Shown: in pieces, positions 8,449-18,269 of the stretch | Position numbering within the stretch: the stretch's first letter is position 1 | Layout: each line of letters opens with the position of its first letter | Assembly: GCA_963663275.1 (NCBI GenBank) | Contig: OY760183.1 | Span: 1,824,001 to 1,888,000 of the forward strand | DNA length: 64,000 bases | Source: Chloroflexota bacterium | Lineage (GTDB): Bacteria > Chloroflexota > UBA11872 > VXOZ01 | Direction of reading: 5' to 3' | Program-made: the position numbers and the translations under genes | The notes under the pieces: generated by a model | Told to the model about the DNA's origin: nothing | The model's input: the letters and a program-made list of their open reading frames with translations, nothing else | Database searches by the model: none

Positions 8449-9875
8449 TATGACATAGCCGCGTCGAAGAGCGCGTTGGTCTCCGCCGCCATGTTTTGCA
8501 GCCCTTCCTCCACGCCGACGGCGCCGGCGAAGATCTGGGGCGCCCAGACTCCCATGGGCCCCAGCATCTCGCCCCACGAGACGACGTCGTGCGTGGGCAG
8601 GTTGGTCGTCCACTGGAACATCTCGAAGGCGGCGATGCGGTTGGCGGGGCCGTCGGTGACTGCCGGATCGTAGTAGAGTTGAGCCGAATCGTCCCGCGCC
8701 GGCCGCAGCACGTCCGCCCGCGCCAGAATGTCCTGCGAATCCTTGGTCATCATGTTGGCAAAGATGCCCCAGGTCTGGTCGGGTGTCTTGGTATTGCTGT
8801 TCACGCACCAGCCCACGATGTTGGTCGTGCCGCCCGGATTGCCCGTGTTGGGCGAAGCGGCCACGTAGCCGTAGTCCCAGGTAAAGCCGGAGCCGGGCCA
8901 GGCCTCGTTCAGAAACTTCACGTTGTTGGAGGCCGCCGTCCAGAGAATGACCTGGCCGCTGCCAAAGAGGGCAAATCGGCCGCCGCGGCCTGCCATGCCT
9001 TGGCTCAAGTCCGCGATTTGCTCCCGCGACGGGGACACGCGGTGTTTGAGCGCCAAATCCACGCAGAAGTGCCACGCTTCCGCCGATTCCGGGCTGTCGA
9101 TGACGCAGCGCAAATCGCTGTCCAAGAAGTCGCCGCCGTTGGCGCGCACATAGTTCAGCCAGCCCTGCTCAAGCGCGTCGGGCGCAAACGCGCCGTAGCG
9201 CGTGACGTTGTCGCCCTCGCGCTCCGTGAGCTTGATGGCGTACTCCTGGAGCAGGTCCCAGTTCCAGTCGGTGCCAAGCTCGGACGGTATTGCAAAGCCG
9301 CCCTCGTTGACGGCGTCCTCATTGAAGAGCGTGATGATGCTCGTCATCATGCCGGGCACGCCGAACATCTTCTCGCCCTTGTAGGTGTAGAAGTCGATGC
9401 CGGTCTTCCAGGCATTGGCGGCAAAGTCCTGGGCGATGGGATCGGCCTTGAACTGCGCGGTGATGTCGGCGGGAATCTGCTTGTTGGACCACGCGAAGTA
9501 GTTCACGCTGTTCATCAAGTAGATGTCCGGGCCCGTGCCACCGACGAAGGCCGCTTGCAGATTGTCCCAGTACCCGGAAACCGCTTCCGCGGACACGGTG
9601 ACGTTGGGATTGGCTTCCGAGTAGTTCGCGCCCATCTGTTCCACCGATGCCACCGGGTCCGGCCACCAGACCCAAACTTTGATTTCGGCGGCCTCGGCTT
9701 GGGGCTGCTCGGCGGGTTTTTCGGCTTCCTGTTCGGCGGGCGCTTCCTCGGCCGGCATGGCCGTGCCCGCCTGGCCGCACGCGGCGAGCAAAGCCGCCGA
9801 GAGCGCCGCGCCGCCGCCCGCGAGAACGTGACGGCGTGTCGGTCGAAATCGAGTAGAACGATCAGTTGTTTCCAC
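8448..9875 (-). CDS. Extracellular solute-binding lipoprotein (CUT1 sugar ABC type), Tat signal
   Basis: GTG start after GAGGAG; TRRHVL twin-arginine, LLAAC lipobox, GPDIY, WNWD. Confidence 0.88.
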   Translation of the reverse strand: METTDRSTRFRPTRRHVLAGGGAALSAALLAACGQAGTAMPAEEAPAEQEAEKPAEQPQAEAAEIKVWVWWPDPVASVEQMGANYSEANPNVTVSAEAVSGYWDNLQAAFVGGTGPDIYLMNSVNYFAWSNKQIPADITAQFKADPIAQDFAANAWKTGIDFYTYKGEKMFGVPGMMTSIITLFNEDAVNEGGFAIPSELGTDWNWDLLQEYAIKLTEREGDNVTRYGAFAPDALEQGWLNYVRANGGDFLDSDLRCVIDSPESAEAWHFCVDLALKHRVSPSREQIADLSQGMAGRGGRFALFGSGQVILWTAASNNVKFLNEAWPGSGFTWDYGYVAASPNTGNPGGTTNIVGWCVNSNTKTPDQTWGIFANMMTKDSQDILARADVLRPARDDSAQLYYDPAVTDGPANRIAAFEMFQWTTNLPTHDVVSWGEMLGPMGVWAPQIFAGAVGVEEGLQNMAAETNALFDAAMS

Positions 9876-10043
9876 GATACAGATTTCTCCTCTTGGCAAG
9901 TGTCATCTCTGCGCGGGACTTTGCGCGTTCCAGACACCGCGGCGATGCGCCGGATGCCTGCCCCAGGTGCGCGACCTCCTTTCCGCACGGTGGCGGCTGA
10001 GAGTTGACGCTGACTGCCAAGGGCAGTCGCGCCCTATGCTGGT

Positions 10044-10071
10044 ATTATAGACGTGTCATTGCGGTTGTCAA
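10044..10071 (-). promoter_or_regulatory. Consensus sigma70 promoter TTGACA-N16-TATAAT for the solute-binding protein gene
   Basis: Minus strand reads ttgaca accgcaatgacacgtc tataat. Confidence 0.75.
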
Positions 10072-10281
10072 GTGCTTTTACGGCGGGTTTGTCATTGCTA
10101 GGTGGAGAGTCTGTTTAGGCGGTTCCCCTCCGGAAGGCAAAAAGCCTGCAAACTGGGCCCGTTGTCTCCGGTAGCGCAGGTTTGTAACCTGCGCGTGCCG
10201 TCGTCATGCCAACGCAGATTGAACTCCGGAGGCGGGGGACAAGCCCCCGCGCTACGTTTGATCGGGATTGACGCCAAGGCG

Positions 10282-11337
10282 CTACGCGCGCGGCCAGCGG
10301 GCGGGCAGCGGCGGCATTGCGGGAAACGGCGCGTGGGGCGCGGTCTGGTACCAGTACGCCACCGAGGCGATGTCGTCGGTGAGCGGCTCGAACTTGCGGT
10401 TCAGCCACCAGCCGAGCGCCTGCACGGTCACTTTCAGGTCCTGCTTGAAGCGGATGGGGTCCGGAATGTGCCAGCGGTACATGCCGTGGAGCGGCACTTC
10501 CACCGGGTCCTGGCGGTAGAGCGGATAGCCGAGGAAGGGGGTGGAGAACGTCCGATCGCCAAAGTTCCACGCCCCGCCGAAGTAGTCCTCGGTGCCGGTG
10601 CCGCAGATCGTGGGATGGTCGGTGTCGCCGTCCAGGTAGAACTTGACCTCGCCCTCGCCCCACCAGCCGTTGGAGAACTGCGACCAAGCAATGAACGTGC
10701 CCACGTACTGCCCCTGTCCTTCAACGCTGTCCAGCAGCACGTGTTCGGGATACTCGCGGGTGGTCATGGAGCGCCGCCACTGGGCGTGGAAGTAGGCGGC
10801 GTGCTCGGGCACAGGCGCCAAAGCGTAGGTTATCTGGTAGTAGAAACCGGGGATCTCTTCCCAATACTCGTTCTCGATGGTGATGCGGGCGCTGCGGCGG
10901 AAAGGCATGGGCCAGTAACAATTGAAACCGCCCGTGGGATTCACGGCAATGGGCAGGGAGTTCACGTCATAGCGCAAGCCGTGGCCGTTGCAGAAGAAGT
11001 CTCCCAGCGGGACCTCGACGGAGGGAGTCTCTTCGCCGTCCCAGTAGCAGCGCAGAACCGTGCTGCGGTAGGCCTGAGGCCGCACGGTGAGCCAGATGTG
11101 CTGGATAGTACCGGGCCCTTCGATCTCGGCCAGCGTAGTCGTAGACTGCGGCGGCAGTTCGATCTTGGGCCGCACCTTCCAGCCCGGCCCCAACAGCGAG
11201 GCCGCGTGGTTTTCGTCAGGTACCGCCTTCGCGCCGCCGCCGCGTTCGCCGTTCGGATTCTCCGCCGATATCGAGCGCGTCTCGACATCCGAGAGCAGCG
11301 CGATACTGTGCAATCCCGTATGCAGTCCGTCGAACAT
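10282..11337 (-). CDS. DUF2961 / glycoside hydrolase family 172 protein
   Basis: SISAENPNGE, GPGTIQHIWLT, VEVPLGDFF, WWGEGE, GTGTEDYF, YRWHIPDPI. Confidence 0.88.
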   Translation of the reverse strand: MFDGLHTGLHSIALLSDVETRSISAENPNGERGGGAKAVPDENHAASLLGPGWKVRPKIELPPQSTTTLAEIEGPGTIQHIWLTVRPQAYRSTVLRCYWDGEETPSVEVPLGDFFCNGHGLRYDVNSLPIAVNPTGGFNCYWPMPFRRSARITIENEYWEEIPGFYYQITYALAPVPEHAAYFHAQWRRSMTTREYPEHVLLDSVEGQGQYVGTFIAWSQFSNGWWGEGEVKFYLDGDTDHPTICGTGTEDYFGGAWNFGDRTFSTPFLGYPLYRQDPVEVPLHGMYRWHIPDPIRFKQDLKVTVQALGWWLNRKFEPLTDDIASVAYWYQTAPHAPFPAMPPLPARWPRA

Positions 11338-11585
11338 GATTCTAACTTTCTCCCCTCTTGCCCAGTCGTAGCGCGGGGGCTTGTCCCCCGCCTCCGAATC
11401 CCTACCGGTCTCGGCATGACGGCGGCGGCGCAGGTTGCAAACCTGCGCTACCGGATTGAGACCGTTTCTCTTCACATTTATGACGGCTCTTGGGTCACAC
11501 GTACCTGTGACCGGACACTTGGGCCTGTCGCGCTCCGCGCTTCGCTCCAATCCATCCGGCTATGCAGAAGAAAACGCCAAGGCGC

Positions 11586-12932
11586 TCATGCAACGCGCAA
11601 TGAATCGAGCAACGCGAGCGCCGTATTCTCCATCGCCTGGGCCGTGCCGGGGCCGCCGATGGCGGAGCGTGAGGGCCAGGTTTCGTACGCGCCGAGGGCG
11701 AGTTGCTCATCGGTGGCGACGTAGCCGAGGTAGTCGTTCGCCAGGCTCATGACGAATTGCGGCGCGAACGGCGAATCGGCTTTGACGGCAAGGCCGATCT
11801 CCACGAAAATCTCGCCCGGCAGCGCGGCAAAGCCGGCCGGGCCGACGCGCAGCGCCTGGATCGTCGAGGCGAGAGTCTCGGGCATGGCGTGCAGCGCCTT
11901 GATCTCGCGGGCGTAGGCCGGCGCCCAGCGCGGGTAGATTGGCTGGCCGGTCACCGCCGAGAACGGCCCCTCGGTATACGTGTAGCCGCCGTGCAGGATC
12001 TTCTCCGCGATTTCCACGTCCGCGCCGGTGGTCCGCTTGCGGGGAAAGTCGAACGCGCCGGCCGCCGCGTCCAGCGTCACCCGGTCGCGCATCTCCATCA
12101 GTTGGATTTCCGCCAGCGCGTGCCCGGCCAGCACCTTCGCCATGCGCACCGCCTGGGCGTGGCCCCGGTGCGGCCAGGGCCTGAACACGTTTGTGTTATT
12201 GATGTTGCCGGACGCGCCGTTGAAGAGCAGTCCCACCGTTTGCGGTCCCAGCAGTCGCCGCACGGCCTGGAAGAAGTGTCCGAAGTAGTCGGCGGAGATT
12301 TCCGCGCCCGTATCCGTGCCCACGTAGTGGAGCGCGTAGTTCCCCAGCACGGCGAGCGGTTGACCCGCATGGCTTTCCACGTAGCAGAGGGTAAATTCCG
12401 GATCCGTAGGGCCGGCGGGTTTGACCACGTCCGGATTGCCGACGCCGGGATTGAAGTGCACCTGGCCGTTGCGCATGTGGTAGCGGCGGTTGAAGACGAT
12501 GCGCGGCTCGGCAACGCTCGCAAAGCCGATGCGCGCCGGCTGCAACCGCTGCACGGCAAGGGCCACCGCGTCGGCGATCTTGCGTACGGCCCAGGCGGTG
12601 TACGCGGTCTGCTCCTCCATGAACCCGATGCTCACGGTGGCTGGCGCGGAATGGGTGTGCGTGGAGGCAATGAGCACGTGGTCCGGCGGTATCTCCGCCC
12701 GCGCCGCGATGCGTTCTTTCACCGCGTCCATCATCGTGCCAGACATCATCGTGAGGTCGCAGAGCACGAACGCGATGCGCCGGTTGCCGTCGTCCAGCAC
12801 CAGGGCTTTGGCCAGCAGGTCGTCGTGGACGGAGCCGGCGTGGGTCACCTCCCGGAACGCGCCGCGCATGGGAATGCCCAGCCAGGGAGTGATAGTGGCT
12901 GTCGCCGCGCCCGCGCGGAGTTGCGTGCTCAT
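11586..12932 (-). CDS. Neutral/alkaline ceramidase-like amidohydrolase
   Basis: DDLLAKALVL, STHTHSAP, NYALH, ISADY, GASGNIN, LPGEIF, LANDYLGY. Confidence 0.82.
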   Translation of the reverse strand: MSTQLRAGAATATITPWLGIPMRGAFREVTHAGSVHDDLLAKALVLDDGNRRIAFVLCDLTMMSGTMMDAVKERIAARAEIPPDHVLIASTHTHSAPATVSIGFMEEQTAYTAWAVRKIADAVALAVQRLQPARIGFASVAEPRIVFNRRYHMRNGQVHFNPGVGNPDVVKPAGPTDPEFTLCYVESHAGQPLAVLGNYALHYVGTDTGAEISADYFGHFFQAVRRLLGPQTVGLLFNGASGNINNTNVFRPWPHRGHAQAVRMAKVLAGHALAEIQLMEMRDRVTLDAAAGAFDFPRKRTTGADVEIAEKILHGGYTYTEGPFSAVTGQPIYPRWAPAYAREIKALHAMPETLASTIQALRVGPAGFAALPGEIFVEIGLAVKADSPFAPQFVMSLANDYLGYVATDEQLALGAYETWPSRSAIGGPGTAQAMENTALALLDSLRVA

Positions 12933-12996
12933 GGTACCCCTCACCCTAACCCTCTCCCCAGCTGACAGGGGAATGTATTCTATGGTCCACTTCACG

Positions 12997-13090
12997 TGTC
13001 ATTCCGAACGGAGCGCAGCGGAGTGAGGAATCTAAAGCGCCGACCTGCAAGACCAGCATCTTTAGATTCCTCGCTGCGCTCGGAATGACA
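12997..13090. repeat. Palindromic repeat family D (TGTCATTCCGA.CGGAGCG...GAGGAATCT ... AGATTCCTC...CGGAATGACA)
   Basis: Copies at 20658-20761, 29244-29320, 48656-48758, 51226-51328; conserved arms, variable loops. Confidence 0.9.
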
Positions 13091-13384
13091 TTTACGTACG
13101 CTTGTCAGCCTTTCCCCAGGGAGTTTGAATACTTTGCCTGTCGATGCGGCAATGAGTAGGATACCATGAATGCCATCGAGCGCGGCTGCGCAACGCGGGA
13201 GTCTGGCCGGTGCCGCCGCATAGCGGCAGGTTGGCAGGTTTGGTACTCTGGAAGAGGAGAGTCATCCGCGGGGATGACTGCCGGTTTTCACAGGAAACGA
13301 CTTTGACGATAGCCAAGAACGCCCAGCCGGTGCGATGCGCTCGCCGGCCAGTTGGATGCGCGGCTGAAAGGAATGACTAAGGGT

Positions 13385-14359
13385 ATGGCAGTTTCATATC
13401 ACGACGTGGTCGTCATCGGCGCGGGGCCGGCGGGGTTGTGCGCCGGGCTCTACACGGCGCGGGCGCGGCTGGATACCGTGATTCTGGAAAAGATGGCGCC
13501 CGGCGGCCAGCTTATCAACACCTCGTTGATTGAGGACTATCCAGGATTCGAATCCATCGACGCCGCCGACCTGATTCAGAAGATGGTCTCGCACACCCAG
13601 GCGTTCGGCGCGCAGATTCTGACGGCGGAAGTGGCGGAAGTCTTCACGGACGGCTGGCAGAAGGTGGTGCGCACCACGGACGGCGACGAGTACCGCGCCG
13701 GGGCCGTGATCGTCTCCTCCGGCGGTTCGCCGACGGCGCTGAACATCCCCGGCGAGTTCGAGTACGCGGGCCGGGGTGTTTCGTACTGCGCGGTGTGCGA
13801 CGGCGCGTTCTTCCGCGACCGGGTGATTACGGTGGTCGGCGGCGGCGACTCGGCGGTGGAAGAGGGCCTCTTCCTCACGCGCTTTGCCAGCAAGCTCTAC
13901 CTGGTGCACCGGCGCGACAAACTGCGCGCCCAGCAGATTATTCAAGACCGCTTCATGGCCGCCGCCAATACCGAGATCATCTGGGATACGGTGGCCGACG
14001 AGATCATTGGCGACGACGGCGCGGTCACCGGCATGAAACTGCGCAACGTGAAGACGGGCGAGGAATGGGTGCACGAGACCGGCGGCGTGTTCATCTTCAT
14101 CGGGTTCGATCCCAACACCGACTTCATCAAGGATGACGTACAGCGCGACGAGAACGGCTACCTGATCGGCGGCTTGCACATGGAGACCGACGTGCCGGGA
14201 CTGTTCATCGCCGGAGACGTGCGCACCCAGTTGACCAAGCAGATTACGACCGCCGTGGGGGACGCGACGACCGCGGCCGTGGCCGCGACGCACTACCTGG
14301 AAGACCTGTACGCCACCGTGCCGCGTCCGGAGACGGCGGTAACTGAGGTTTCCGCTTGA
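13385..14359 (+). CDS. trxB: Thioredoxin-disulfide reductase
   Basis: GAGPAG, GVSYCAVCDG redox motif, GGGDSAVEEG, HRRDKLRA, AGDV. Confidence 0.95.
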   Translation: MAVSYHDVVVIGAGPAGLCAGLYTARARLDTVILEKMAPGGQLINTSLIEDYPGFESIDAADLIQKMVSHTQAFGAQILTAEVAEVFTDGWQKVVRTTDGDEYRAGAVIVSSGGSPTALNIPGEFEYAGRGVSYCAVCDGAFFRDRVITVVGGGDSAVEEGLFLTRFASKLYLVHRRDKLRAQQIIQDRFMAAANTEIIWDTVADEIIGDDGAVTGMKLRNVKTGEEWVHETGGVFIFIGFDPNTDFIKDDVQRDENGYLIGGLHMETDVPGLFIAGDVRTQLTKQITTAVGDATTAAVAATHYLEDLYATVPRPETAVTEVSA

Positions 14360-14816
14360 ACCTTGGCTTGGGGCCAGGGGACGGCGCGTGCGGCGGTTTG
14401 CGTGAGCACGCGCTCTTGCCGCCGCGCCCGCCGGCCGCTAGCGGCGTGACCGAGGCGCGGCGGGCGTTCTATAATGAAACGGAACGTTTGGGGGAGTGGC
14501 GCCGGTCGATGGCGGCGCAACGTAAGATGGCGCCGCGTAAACGTAGCGCGGGGGCTTGTCCCCCGCCGGAGCGAGAGGAACGGATACGCAACGTTGGCCA
14601 TGCGGAGACGCAGGTTGGAAACCTACGCTACCGGAGACGCAGTTTGAAAACCTACGCTACCGGAGGCATGAGGCGGAGTTTTCATTGCCATTGCGATTTT
14701 GGCGTCTCTTCGCGCCGCTGCGACAGCATTAATGGTGTCCCTGTGACATCCCAACTGACGTAAAGAAGCCGTTAGCCCTAACACATTGGAATTCTAACCG
14801 ACAATAAGGAGAGGAC

Positions 14817-15440
14817 ATGCTCATACCCTACGTCATCGAGACGACGAACCGCGGCGAACGCGGCATGGATATTTTTTCCCGGCTACTGCGGGATCGGATT
14901 ATCTTTCTGGGCACGCCGGTGGACGATAACGTGGCGAATAGCATCATCGCCCAGATGCTGCTGCTATCGAGTGAAGACGGCGACGCCGACATTGGTCTTT
15001 ACATAAACTCGCCCGGCGGCAGTGTGCATTCGGGGCTGGCAATCTACGACGCCATGCAGTACATCAAGAACGACGTGGCGACCTATTGCATGGGACTTTC
15101 CGCCAGCATCGCCGCCCTGCTGCTGGCCGGCGGCACGTCGGGCAAGCGGTATTCGCTGCCCAATTCGCGCATGTTGATTCACCAGCCGTGGACGCAAGCC
15201 TCGCGGCCCTTGCAGGCGACGGATCTGGAAATCGAGGCGCGGGAAATCCTGCGCACCCGCAACCAGGTGAACTCCATCATCTCGCAGCACACCGGGCAGG
15301 AACTCGCCAAGATCGAGCGAGACAGCGAGCGCGACTTCTGGATGGACGCCGAAGAGGCGAAGGAGTACGGGCTGATCGACGACGTCCTGCCCGCCGCCGT
15401 CGGCGTCCCGCAAAAGGACGGGGTGGGCAGCCTGGATTAG
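14817..15440 (+). CDS. clpP: ATP-dependent Clp protease proteolytic subunit
   Basis: RBS AAGGAG; [36 protein letters not shown]. Confidence 0.97.
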   Translation: MLIPYVIETTNRGERGMDIFSRLLRDRIIFLGTPVDDNVANSIIAQMLLLSSEDGDADIGLYINSPGGSVHSGLAIYDAMQYIKNDVATYCMGLSASIAALLLAGGTSGKRYSLPNSRMLIHQPWTQASRPLQATDLEIEAREILRTRNQVNSIISQHTGQELAKIERDSERDFWMDAEEAKEYGLIDDVLPAAVGVPQKDGVGSLD

Positions 15441-15476
15441 GGCCGTTCCAGCGCGTGACAACAAAGGAGTACCGCA

Positions 15477-16796
15477 TTGCCAAGCCGTCGTGACAATCGA
15501 GGCCAGTACCGTTGCTCATTCTGCAACAAGGCGCAGGAAGAGGTGCGCCGGCTGATCTCCGGCCAGAACGGGGTGTACATCTGCGACGAGTGCGTTGACC
15601 TCTGCCGCGAACTGATCCACGAGGAGCAGGCGTCCGCTTCCCAACGCAAGAGCAGCGCGGGTCCGCCGCGCCTGCTGAGCCCCCGGGAGATCCACGAGTT
15701 CCTGAACCAGTACGTGGTGGGCCAGGAGCACGCGAAGAAGGTGCTGTCGGTAGCGGTCTACAATCACTATAAGCGCGTGAAGAGCGGCGAGAGCAACAAC
15801 GAGGTGGAGTTGGGCAAGAGCAACGTGCTCCTGATCGGGCCTACCGGCTGCGGCAAGACGCTGCTGGCGCGCACGCTGGCGCGCATTTTGGGCGTGCCCT
15901 TCTGCATTGCCGACGCCACCTCGCTTACCGAAGCGGGCTACGTGGGCGAAGACGTGGAAAACATCCTCCTGCGCTTGATTCAGGCCGCGGACCACGACAT
16001 CAGCGCGGCGGAGCGCGGCATTGTCTTCATCGACGAGATCGACAAGATCGCACGCAAAGCAGACAATCCTTCGATAACGCGGGACGTTTCCGGTGAGGGC
16101 GTGCAACAAGCTTTGCTGAAGATCATCGAAGGCACGGTGGCGAACGTGCCGCCGCAAGGCGGGCGCAAGCATCCCCACCAGGACTTCATCCAGATCGACA
16201 CCACCGACATACTCTTCATCTGCGGCGGCGCGTTCGAGGGTCTGAACGAGGTCATCGCCAAGCGGGTCGGCAGCAACCGGCGCGTCGGCTTTGGCGCGAT
16301 GGACGCCGCGGAGCGGGCGGAAGAGGAGAAGAATCTTCTGCGCCAGCTTTCGCCGGACGACCTGCTCAAGTACGGCCTCATTCCTGAGTTCGTGGGCCGT
16401 CTGCCGGTGACGGTGGGCCTGGACGCCCTGACCCACGACGAGTTGATCCAGGTGCTGACCGAGCCGCGCGACGCGCCGGTCCGCCAGTACCAACACCTGT
16501 TTGCCATGGACGACGTGGCGCTCATCTTCCAGGACGACGCCCTGGAGGAAGCGGCGCAGATGGCCCAGAGTTTGACCACCGGCGCGCGGGCGCTGCAAAC
16601 GATCATGGAAGAGGCACTGCTGCACGTGATGTACGATCTGCCGTCCCGCAACGACGTGCGCGAGGTGATCGTGACGGCGGACGTGATCGGCAAACGCGCG
16701 CAACCGCTGCTGGTGGCGTCCGATGCCAAGCACTCCGGCGCGGCGGACGAGCACGATGCGACGCTGCTGGATGAGGATACGTCGGCTACGGCCTAG
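15477..16796 (+). CDS. clpX: ATP-dependent Clp protease ATP-binding subunit
   Basis: C4 zinc finger (CSFC..CDEC), [39 protein letters not shown] loop. Confidence 0.97.
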   Translation: MPSRRDNRGQYRCSFCNKAQEEVRRLISGQNGVYICDECVDLCRELIHEEQASASQRKSSAGPPRLLSPREIHEFLNQYVVGQEHAKKVLSVAVYNHYKRVKSGESNNEVELGKSNVLLIGPTGCGKTLLARTLARILGVPFCIADATSLTEAGYVGEDVENILLRLIQAADHDISAAERGIVFIDEIDKIARKADNPSITRDVSGEGVQQALLKIIEGTVANVPPQGGRKHPHQDFIQIDTTDILFICGGAFEGLNEVIAKRVGSNRRVGFGAMDAAERAEEEKNLLRQLSPDDLLKYGLIPEFVGRLPVTVGLDALTHDELIQVLTEPRDAPVRQYQHLFAMDDVALIFQDDALEEAAQMAQSLTTGARALQTIMEEALLHVMYDLPSRNDVREVIVTADVIGKRAQPLLVASDAKHSGAADEHDATLLDEDTSATA

Positions 16797-16809
16797 AGAC
16801 GCGACAAGG

Positions 16810-17505
16810 CTAACCGGCCCACTGGCTGAAGAATACCGTCCGCTCTTTCAGCGGCTGCGTCGGGCGGGAATTGTGCGGATAGAGCGTCGCAAACCGGTCA
16901 AGCTGCACAGGGGAAACCGCCACTGGTTCCCGCAGAACGAACCAGCGCACGCCTTCGGTGCACGGCGGCGTGGTGAGCGAACCGTGGTAACTATAGTAGG
17001 AGAGGTCCGCCGGCAGCAGGTCGGCGGCGTTGACCGCGGTGTTGGAGACCAGCCGCCGCTCGCCTTTCCTTGCCGGCATGTGCGCCCATACCGGCTCCAG
17101 CGCCTCGTTCCGCCCGCCCGCCGTCAGGAAGACGCCGACCACGGCGAGTCTTCCGGCGGCGTCTTGGTGCACCAGGTGCAGTTCCATCTCGGCAGGAATG
17201 CCGTCAACCGTGTGCTCGCTCGAATGGTGGAAGTGGAACTGCCGCAGCGTGAATTGCCCGCCGCCGCTGACGAGCGTGCTGCCGGGCGCATAGTCTACCT
17301 GGATCGTGTGCCCGTTGTTGATGACCGCCAGCGGCGCGGAGGCGTACCAGAACGTCAGGTCGTGCGGTTGCGCTTGCGCGTCGCTCGTCAGGTCGATTGG
17401 CGACTGCGCCGCGCCGCACTTGCACGCCGCGAACGCCGGGGAGAGGTCGCCCCAATTAGCCGGGCCGGTGTCGTCCGTATAGTCCCAATGTGTGGATTCC
17501 ATCAC
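16810..17505 (-). CDS. Alpha-class carbonic anhydrase
   Basis: QSPID, NNGHT, QFHFH..SEH, ELHLVH, GSLTTPPCTEGV, NSRPTQPL. Confidence 0.93.
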   Translation of the reverse strand: MMESTHWDYTDDTGPANWGDLSPAFAACKCGAAQSPIDLTSDAQAQPHDLTFWYASAPLAVINNGHTIQVDYAPGSTLVSGGGQFTLRQFHFHHSSEHTVDGIPAEMELHLVHQDAAGRLAVVGVFLTAGGRNEALEPVWAHMPARKGERRLVSNTAVNAADLLPADLSYYSYHGSLTTPPCTEGVRWFVLREPVAVSPVQLDRFATLYPHNSRPTQPLKERTVFFSQWAG

Positions 17506-17708
17506 TTTCCCGCCATGGCTTCAATGGGAAGTATTCGAAGCTCGTGCAAGTTCCCGCCATAGGACGCGAGACCGGCTGCGGCGCCGAGTCGCATTGAGCA
17601 GACTGCTGCTGCGATGATCGGCGCGCGGAGCAACTGTGCGCGCCGGAGATTCCCCGTGCCTTGTCGCGGGTACAATGGGGCAAAGAAGATAGGCTGCTGC
17701 CGGGCCGT

Positions 17709-18095
17709 TCAGCGCATAGGCGGCGCCGGCGCCAGAGGCAGCAACTTCTCGATCAGTCGAGCCACGTGGTCAATGCCGCCCCGAACTGACTCAACGGTCT
17801 GCGCGTCTTCATAGAAGTTCTGATGCAGCGAGTTTGCCTCTCGAAACAGAGCAAGCACCTCAGAGTCCGCGATCTCGATACTGATCCGGGTGACGTTCTG
17901 GAAGAGATGCGCGTGCGTTCGATGCTCCCACCCTCGAAACTCAGCGATGGCTTTCACGGCGTGCGCCGCCGCTCCCCACGCTTTCTCCGAGGCCTGCGGC
18001 GCATCGCCTTGATCAAGCTCCACTTGCGCCTGAAGAATCAGGGACCGGCTGCGGCTGGCATACTTCACGACGGACTCATCTCTGCCGTTGTTCAT
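17709..18095 (-). CDS. PaREP1-like (HEPN-related) protein
   Basis: QASEKAWGAAAHAVKAIA, RGWEHRTH, ANSLHQNFY. Confidence 0.75.
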   Translation of the reverse strand: MNNGRDESVVKYASRSRSLILQAQVELDQGDAPQASEKAWGAAAHAVKAIAEFRGWEHRTHAHLFQNVTRISIEIADSEVLALFREANSLHQNFYEDAQTVESVRGGIDHVARLIEKLLPLAPAPPMR

Positions 18096-18269
18096 TCCTC
18101 GCCGTTCCTTATTGCTTGCGGGATTGCGGCTACGCTCTCAAGTCGGCATGGGAAACTGATTGCATGGTATCCCGCCTTGCGGTTAGTAGTCAACACGTTT
18201 ACCGCCGGGGTGATTGCGTTCACGGGGGATAGGCGGCAGAAGGGAACGACAAGAGAGTCAAGTCTCCAC

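Noticed and set aside
11338-11550. N-terminal ORF extensions (also 12933-12995, 48926-49201, 51495-51704)
   Set aside because: They run through repeats or leaders; better starts with RBS or motif support lie downstream
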